Assembly (NCBI GenBank): GCA_964252075.1
Contig: CAXULY010000005.1
Span: 32,001 to 96,000, forward strand
DNA length: 64,000 nt
Origin: an uncultured Deinococcaceae bacterium
GTDB taxonomy: Bacteria; Deinococcota; Deinococci; Deinococcales; Deinococcaceae
Reading direction: 5' to 3'
In this document: piece by piece, positions 58,701-64,000 of the stretch
Position numbering within the stretch: position 1 is the first letter of the stretch
Layout of the letters: the number at the start of each line of letters is the position of its first letter
Notes under the pieces: generated by a model
What the model saw: only the letters and a program-made list of their open reading frames with translations
What the model was told of the DNA's origin: nothing
The model's database searches: none
Made by a program: the position numbers and the translations under genes

Positions 58701-59117
58701 GTGCGGCGCGACGCGCTTCGTGGCGGTGAGTAGGCCCTCAAGGATCGCGTCGGACGCGGCCGTGCGGCGGCCCGTGACGACTACGGGGAGCAGCGGACGC
58801 ACGAGCAACGCCGCGTACTCCTCGGCGAGCGCCGGGTCGGCGGCGCGCAGACGTGCCCAGGCGTCGTTGCTCGCGCTCGCATCGCCGACGAGGCGGCTGA
58901 AGAAGAGGGTGAATGCGCTTTTGCCGGTGCCGTACGGTCCGGTGAGGGTGAAGGCCCGGTCGGCGGACGTGCCGCGCAGCGCCGCCGCGAGACGGGCGAG
59001 CACGCGGCGTCCCTCACCAGTAACGACGTAACCATCGAGGGCGCCGTCGCTCCAGAGGTCGCGTTCGAGGTGGACGCTGCGGACGTACCGCGCCCGGACG
59101 GGCAGCAGGGCTGTCAT
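55719..59117 (-). CDS. sspC: Large P-loop ATPase (SspC)
   Basis: RSVHLERD, GPYGTGKS, DELGK, EWAKVQGRF, YPLHP, QNERSLFSFL. Confidence 0.85.
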   Translation of the reverse strand: MTALLPVRARYVRSVHLERDLWSDGALDGYVVTGEGRRVLARLAAALRGTSADRAFTLTGPYGTGKSAFTLFFSRLVGDASASNDAWARLRAADPALAEEYAALLVRPLLPVVVTGRRTAASDAILEGLLTATKRVAPHNDLVRALEGDLRDAGDGRRDTRTLVRRVTELADLGEHAGGYGGVVLIADELGKIFEHAARFPDEGDTLVLQELAEAASRSADRPVLFVGVLHQDVEEYGRHLDRVERQEWAKVQGRFAPLPFLEPVEQLMRLVGDAVDARDLDAYVLRSVQGAVDATYRAGLTPPSMGRDEFTQLAERAYPLHPATLVLLPHLFRRFAQNERSLFSFLASNEPFALPDARRRLAGGDGFVRPPALFDYFLSSLGTLLFRERSARRWVETVDALDRAPDLEPLQADALKTIGLLSVLSEATHLRADAAAVSASLGRDEEDAAVRAALETLERRTLVSYRRYNQSYRVFEGSDLDVEARLEEARRVTTGRLGLAATLAKYVPPRPLIARRHSFKTGATRFFDVVYVDDPQQLEDAARRKTDADGVVLCGLAETAAQHEAFVARVAEPALQARHVVVALPRQIRGLTNAAAELRALAYLKANTPELEHDRTAKREVAERTAEVELDLARTLAWLLDPRPEPRGSHCTWYRQGATAPVRDERDVSVLLSQVMDDVYELGPTVRNELVNRRALSSAATAARRELIRRMLEHAGEPLLGITGYPPERSMFESVLHDTGVYAERPDGTWGFAEPHDGHRTRLRPTWDRLAARVFEKVEQPVPVAGLASELAAAPYGLTAGMFPLVLCALLLVRRDEVSLYRDNTFLVDPSLADFEVLMRKPEAFAVGGARLDGAHRRVVERISRSTGSAASITGTSRYVVRMLKSLPDYAQRTRTVSDEARNIINAAFTARSPERLLFHDLPMALGELPFTDGTVDDDRIDRFFTRLNDAIGELRLATPRLVKAARDDLLAYCGFEAGTAGFETLRDAARRLERAGVGPELLTFVQRLAGDEGTEATVANVLALINKRPPGAWTDADFDAYRERARGVAAAFQRALRELDGAAIQTAAPPTARRAPLDKTQKKLKQKLVDGAWTTLQATLDAADAAVRREALKELQAQIQKRLEAEETHD

Positions 59118-60049
59118 GCGCCAGCCCCATACATGCGCTCAAGGAAGGACAGCGGGTCGAGGGCCTCGCGGAAGAACACCTGCCGGAGGCCGGCGGTCTC
59201 GTCGAACGCGACGGCGCCGTCCGTGAGTCGGCTCACCTCGTCGACGAGGTCGATGAGGGCGTTCTCATCGAGCTTGAACGCCATGCCGGGCGATCCAACA
59301 CCGAACAGGCACTCTTGCACGCTGAGCAGCTGTCGGCCGAGCGCGCGGGCCGCGGCGAACGTCGCGAGCGCATACCCGAACACCTCGGGGGCAAGGCTCG
59401 GCTTGGCGCCAACGACGAAGCGGTACGTGTCCTTCTCTCCCCGCGGCTGCACGAGCGAGAGCTCGACGAGGGGACAGTCGAACGTCTCCTCCGCGGCGCC
59501 GCTCGCGCGCTGCGCAGGCAGGTACGTGCGCAGGCAGCACTCCACGTCCCGGTCGAGGGACGCGGTGCGAGCGTGGATACCGTTGCGCTCCACGAATGAG
59601 AGAATGAACTGCTGCAACTCCGCCTTAGTAAAGTCGTGCCGGTTGAAGTGCGCGAACGCGAGGTGCCACGACGCGGAGCGGGCGGGATTAGACACGAGCT
59701 GCCAGTGGAGCAGCCACAGCGTCGCGGGATTCTCCAGGTACGGGTCCCACCCGTCGTCGTCGAGCAGCCTCGACCCGAGGTCCGTAGCGCGAACGCCACG
59801 CCCGTTCGTCTCCTCGGCGAGCGACATGGCGAGCAGCCAGTGGCGGATGCTCGCGACCATGTTCTTCCCCACTCCGAGGCGGACCATCGCCTCTTCCGTG
59901 GTGAAGATGCCCGGATCGACCTTCTGGGCTTCGTGGCCCTTCTTCAACCAACCGTGTCGGAAGGTGAACGTTTCGTGTCCGGCGAAGCTCCAGCGTTGCC
60001 GGGCTTCGGAGGCATTCGGTTGGATCAGCGTAGTCGCAGTGGCGTTCAT
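59114..60049 (-). CDS. sspB: DUF4007 family protein (SspB)
   Basis: FAGHETF..R.GWLKK, LGVGKNMV.SIRHW, DPYLE...TLWLLHW. Confidence 0.88.
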   Translation of the reverse strand: MNATATTLIQPNASEARQRWSFAGHETFTFRHGWLKKGHEAQKVDPGIFTTEEAMVRLGVGKNMVASIRHWLLAMSLAEETNGRGVRATDLGSRLLDDDGWDPYLENPATLWLLHWQLVSNPARSASWHLAFAHFNRHDFTKAELQQFILSFVERNGIHARTASLDRDVECCLRTYLPAQRASGAAEETFDCPLVELSLVQPRGEKDTYRFVVGAKPSLAPEVFGYALATFAAARALGRQLLSVQECLFGVGSPGMAFKLDENALIDLVDEVSRLTDGAVAFDETAGLRQVFFREALDPLSFLERMYGAGA

Positions 60050-60462
60050 GGTGTGCAGATACAACTCCGTTCACGGATACCGGGGGGCGCAGCTGCACAA
60101 ACCCTGACCCTTCGTTGGGCCAGGAATATGTCGCGCGACCAAAGACCACTCGCCCAGGTCTTCATCACACGCCAATATACCCTGCGAATCCCGATAGGAC
60201 GGCATTACAGACGTAATGCCTCCGTGAGCGTTAGGTTAGGTGCCCAGGTGATCCGTACCGGAGCGTCAACAGTGCCCATAGTCCCAGATCCATGAACAGG
60301 AGTTCATGATGGTCTACAGGTCGGAGAATACCTTGCCTTGTGCCGTCTGCCCAACAGCACATTGAGGATGTCCGCTTACACCAGCATATTTGGGTTATCT
60401 CGTTTGAGCTGAGGCTGTTGTAAACGTCACCAGTACTCAGTGACATTGTCTGTCGAAGAGGG

Positions 60463-60484
60463 GTAGCCCATGCGTAGCCCACGA
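60463..60484 (+). repeat. Putative integrase arm-type tandem site, right end
   Basis: gtagcccatgcgtagcccacga. Confidence 0.6.
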
Positions 60485-60514
60485 GGCATCTCCAGCTGCC
60501 GAGCAAGACCAAGC

Positions 60515-60547
60515 AAAAAGAAGGAAGGCCCACTCAGTGGGCCTTCC
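60515..60547 (-). terminator. Island-supplied terminator after the tRNA
   Basis: ggaaggcccac-tca-gtgggccttcc hairpin followed by TTCTTTTT on the minus strand. Confidence 0.75.
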
Positions 60548-60550
60548 TGC

Positions 60551-60627
<77 letters not shown>

Positions 60628-60697
60628 ACATCCGGACATCACCGCGGGGGCGACGTCAAACCAGCAAGGGGGACTATAGCCCACCAGCCGCCAGTGG

Positions 60698-61363
60698 TCA
60701 ACCGTCCATGATCTTGGGCAGCATGCGCAGCCACGCCATCTCCGGCCAGCGGACGAGCATGGTGAGCGCCTCGTCGGAGAGCGGCGCGTCGAGCTCGATG
60801 CTCAGGAGGGCGCTGCCGCCGCGCCGTTCGCGCGTGCAGTTCAGGGTGGCGATGTTCACGCCGTCCGCCGCGATGAGGGCCGCGACGCGCGCGATCACGC
60901 CGATGGCGTCGGTGTAGCGGGTGAGGAGGGTGGGGGAGGCGCCGCTGAAGGCGGTCTTGAAGCCGTCCACGCGGATCACCTCGATGACGCCGCCGCCGGT
61001 GCTGCTGGCGGTGACGCGCACCTCGTGGCCGCCGCCCGTGAGGTGCAGGTGCGCGGTGTTGGGGTGCACGTCCCCGAGGTCCACGTCGCTGAAGGTGTAC
61101 GTGAGGTTCGCTGCCTGTGCCTCCTCGAAGGCGCGGGGGAGGCGCGGGTCGTCCGGGTGGTAACCGAGCAGCCCGGCGACCAGGGCGAGGTGCGTGCCGT
61201 GCCCGCGCCCGGTCTTGGCGAAGGAGGCGTGCAGGCCGATCTCCGCCGTCTCGGGTGGGCGGCCCAGCAGGTGGCGGGCCACCAGCCCGATGCGGCAGGC
61301 GCCCGCCGTGTGGCTGCTGGACGGCCCGATCATGACGGGACCGATCATGTCGAGGAGGCTCAT
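60698..61363 (-). CDS. sdaAB: L-serine dehydratase beta subunit
   Basis: [34 protein letters not shown] domain. Confidence 0.93.
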   Translation of the reverse strand: MSLLDMIGPVMIGPSSSHTAGACRIGLVARHLLGRPPETAEIGLHASFAKTGRGHGTHLALVAGLLGYHPDDPRLPRAFEEAQAANLTYTFSDVDLGDVHPNTAHLHLTGGGHEVRVTASSTGGGVIEVIRVDGFKTAFSGASPTLLTRYTDAIGVIARVAALIAADGVNIATLNCTRERRGGSALLSIELDAPLSDEALTMLVRWPEMAWLRMLPKIMDG

Positions 61364-61472
61364 GGCCCGAGTGTAGGGCGTGGCGCGGTGTTCCCGCTGT
61401 GGGGCCCGGCGCATTACTTCAGTTTGGAAGGACATCGCTATTGGTGGCGCGGCGAACTCTCATACTGAAGTC

Positions 61473-62402
61473 ATGCCCAGGCTGCGTCCCCTGCCCATGA
61501 TCCTCACCGCTGCAGCGGCGACCGTCGCCCTGCGCGCGGCATCCCGCCGCCCCACCCAGACCCTCAACGCCCTCACGCCCCGACTGGGCCTGCGCGTGTT
61601 CAAGGACCTCCTGTACGGCCCCGAAGCACGCCACACCCTCGACCTGTACGTGCCCGCCACGCGCGGCCTCGCGCCCGTGGTGGTCTTCGTGCACGGCGGC
61701 AGCTGGACCAGCGGCGACAAAAACATGTACGTCTTCGTGGGTGAGAGCCTCGCCCGCGCGGGCTTCGTCACGGCCGTCATCAACTACCGACTGGCGCCCC
61801 AGCACCGCTACCCGGACTACGTAACGGACACCGCGCTCGCCACGGCGTGGCTGCACTCCAACGCCGCGCGGTTCGGCGGGGACCCCACGCGGCTGTTCCT
61901 GACCGGGCACAGCGCCGGGGCCTTCAACGTGGTGGCGCTCGCCAGCCACCCCACCTGGCTGGACGAGTACGGCGTCCCGCACGCGCACCTGCGCGGGGTG
62001 GTGGGCATCGCCGGGCCGTACGACGTGGACTTCCGGCTGTACCCCGGCACGGACCCCGCCCGGGCCTTCCCGGAGGGCAGCGACCCCGCCCTCATCATGC
62101 CGAACCGCTTCGTGCGCGCGAGCCCACCGCCCGCCCCCACCCTGCTGCTGAGCGCCGGGCGCGACCAGGTGGTAGGCCCCGAGCAGGCGCCCCTCATGGC
62201 GACCGCCCTGCGCGCCGCGGGCGGCGAGGTGAGCGTGCAGGTGCTGCCGCGCCTCGACCACTACACCATCATCGGCGCGATGAGCCGCAACCTGCGCTTC
62301 CTGGGAGACACGCGCGCCGCGGTGGTGGCGTTCATCCGCGCGCACGTCGGCATCCCCGCACCGGACCCCAGCGAGGCGGCGCCGGGGCCGCTGAGCGCCT
62401 GA
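61473..62402 (+). CDS. Alpha/beta hydrolase (esterase/lipase)
   Basis: HGGSW, GHSAG, D and H catalytic residues. Confidence 0.9.
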   Translation: MPRLRPLPMILTAAAATVALRAASRRPTQTLNALTPRLGLRVFKDLLYGPEARHTLDLYVPATRGLAPVVVFVHGGSWTSGDKNMYVFVGESLARAGFVTAVINYRLAPQHRYPDYVTDTALATAWLHSNAARFGGDPTRLFLTGHSAGAFNVVALASHPTWLDEYGVPHAHLRGVVGIAGPYDVDFRLYPGTDPARAFPEGSDPALIMPNRFVRASPPPAPTLLLSAGRDQVVGPEQAPLMATALRAAGGEVSVQVLPRLDHYTIIGAMSRNLRFLGDTRAAVVAFIRAHVGIPAPDPSEAAPGPLSA

Positions 62403-63247
62403 TGCGGCCCGCCCTCCTGAGCGCGCTGGCCGCCGCCACCCTCACGCTCGCCGCGTGCTCACCCACGCGCCTCGCGAACGCCAGCGCCCCCCTGAATGGC
62501 CTCACGGTCACGCGCGACCTGAAGTACGGTCCGGACGCCCGCAACGCGCTGGACCTCTACGCCCCCGCAGGGGCGCGGCGCGCGCCCACGGTGCTGTTCA
62601 TCCATGGGGGCAGCTGGACGGGCGGCAGCAAGGACGACTACCGCTTCGTGGGCGAGAGCCTCGCGCGCGCCGGGTACGTGACGGCCATCATGAGTTACCG
62701 CCTGGCGCCCCGCAACCGCTACCCCAGCTACATCCAGGACGCCGCCCAGGCCCTGCGCTGGCTGCGCGACCACGCGGACGAGCACGGCGGAAACCCGGAC
62801 GCGCTGAACGTCGTGGGGCACAGCGCCGGCGCGTACAACGCCCTGGAAGTCACCCTGAACGCCCGCTGGCTCGCGGAGGCGGGCGTGCCCATCACCAGCG
62901 TCCGGAGCGTGGTGGGCATCGCGGGCCCCTACGATTACGACTTCCGGCAGGGCAACACGAAAAACGCCTTCCCCGAGAACGCCACACCCGAGCAGGTCAT
63001 GCCGAGCCGCCACGTGCGCCCCGACCCACCCCCCACCCTGCTGCTGGTCGCCGCGAAGGACCAGGTAGTGGGCCCCGAGAACGCCCAGCGGATGCTGGCC
63101 GCTCTGCAGGCGCGGCGCGCGGACGTGACGCTCACCACCCTGCCGGGCGTGGACCACTACACCATCATCGGGGCGCTAGGCCGCAACCTGCAGTTCCTGG
63201 GCGGCACGCGCGCCGCCGTGCTGGCCTTCTTGGACCAGCACCGGTGA
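62402..63247 (+). CDS. Alpha/beta hydrolase lipoprotein, paralogue of the upstream gene
   Basis: Lipobox LAAC; HGGSW, GHSAG. Confidence 0.9.
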   Translation: MRPALLSALAAATLTLAACSPTRLANASAPLNGLTVTRDLKYGPDARNALDLYAPAGARRAPTVLFIHGGSWTGGSKDDYRFVGESLARAGYVTAIMSYRLAPRNRYPSYIQDAAQALRWLRDHADEHGGNPDALNVVGHSAGAYNALEVTLNARWLAEAGVPITSVRSVVGIAGPYDYDFRQGNTKNAFPENATPEQVMPSRHVRPDPPPTLLLVAAKDQVVGPENAQRMLAALQARRADVTLTTLPGVDHYTIIGALGRNLQFLGGTRAAVLAFLDQHR

Positions 63248-63822
63248 CGCCCCTGCGCTTCACGGTGCTGTCGTGCAGCCTCGACCCGGAGAGCCGTAGC
63301 CGCCGCCTCGCGCACCTCGCGCGGGCCAGACTGGAGGCGCAGGGACACCAGGTCACCCTGCTCGACCTGCGCGACCACCCGCTGCCCGCCTTCGACAACG
63401 ACGCGGTGTTCGAGAGCCCGGCGTACGCCACGCTGCACCAGGGCATCCGCGAGGCGGACGGCGTGTTCCTCGCGGTGCCCATCTACAACTGGGCGGTGGG
63501 CGGCGCCGCGAAGCACCTGATTGAGGCGACGGGCGCCACGGACGGCGCGCGCAGGGCCGCATGGTTCGATCAGGTCGTGACGTTCCTGTGCGCGGGCGGC
63601 CTGCCGCACAGCTACATGGCCTACACCAGCCTCGCCGCGTCCCTCATGCTGGACTTCAAGTGCGTGCTGAACCCCTACGTGGTGTACGCCTCGGGCCGCG
63701 ACTGGGAGGGCGACGACCTGTCCCCGGCCCTGGAGGCGCGCCTCGACAAGACCCTGCGCGTGAAACTGGAACTCGCACAGCGCCTGCGGGGCCGCACGTA
63801 CACCTCCTACTGGGAGATCTGA
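63244..63822 (+). CDS. NADPH-dependent FMN reductase family protein
   Basis: [13 protein letters not shown]....PIYN. Confidence 0.85.
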   Translation: MTPLRFTVLSCSLDPESRSRRLAHLARARLEAQGHQVTLLDLRDHPLPAFDNDAVFESPAYATLHQGIREADGVFLAVPIYNWAVGGAAKHLIEATGATDGARRAAWFDQVVTFLCAGGLPHSYMAYTSLAASLMLDFKCVLNPYVVYASGRDWEGDDLSPALEARLDKTLRVKLELAQRLRGRTYTSYWEI

Positions 63823-63829
63823 CGCCCGG

Positions 63830-64000
63830 TCAGCGTCCCTCGCGCGCGTCGTGCAGGAGGTCCTGCGCGGTCGCCAGGGCGCTCGGGCCGAGCGGGCTGC
63901 GCGTGACGCCCAGCAGCGTGCCCAGGCGGTCCTGGCGGGTGGAGGTCAGGTGCGTCCAGCCCTCCAGGTCCGCGCGGTGCGTGCCGGCGGCCTCGTCGCG
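63830..64000 (-). CDS. 3' end of an unidentified CDS
   Basis: Open frame with host codon bias ending in TGA at 63830. Confidence 0.55.
   Translation of the reverse strand, partial: RDEAAGTHRADLEGWTHLTSTRQDRLGTLLGVTRSPLGPSALATAQDLLHDAREGR

Noticed and set aside
51277..60049. BREX or Dnd assignment
   Set aside because: No PglZ, PglX, BrxL or DndD/E; gene set and order fit Ssp

Overview
GC-rich bacterial chromosome segment, most likely Deinococcus. This is inferred from an HU with an Ala/Lys-rich N-terminal extension, a Deinococcus/Thermus-type pilin and many leaderless-style starts. The left part (1-27.3 kb) holds a variable patch of lipoprotein genes and remnants, a type IV pilin, housekeeping genes (beta-carbonic anhydrase, EF-G paralogue, HU, P450, ECF sigma/anti-sigma, sdaAA, MFS) and a GH19-like lysozyme with a putative inhibitor. 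It also holds a LacI-controlled locus with DUF4185 (GH183), DUF2961 (GH172), a fucose/D-arabinose isomerase and an ABC importer, which looks like a pathway for consuming D-arabinan from actinobacterial cell walls. A ~33.2 kb island is integrated in tRNA-Pro(GGG), bounded by 50-bp direct repeats at 27360-27409 and 60547-60596 with matching arm-like motifs inside both ends. The island carries a HEPN-CBS gene, an OB-fold/TctA-like pair, a Hen1-NTase-NTase-Pnkp RNA-repair operon, and a phage-like xis/int/rep/DnaC/DnaB module with no virion genes. It also carries a decayed IS5 with a passenger gene, a PD-(D/E)XK gene, a complete sspBCDA-sspE phosphorothioate defence system, and six copies of a TGCCCCGCGGGGCA palindrome that I saw only inside the island. 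The right end has sdaAB, two tandem esterases and an FMN reductase. All family calls come from motifs read by eye; no searches were run.
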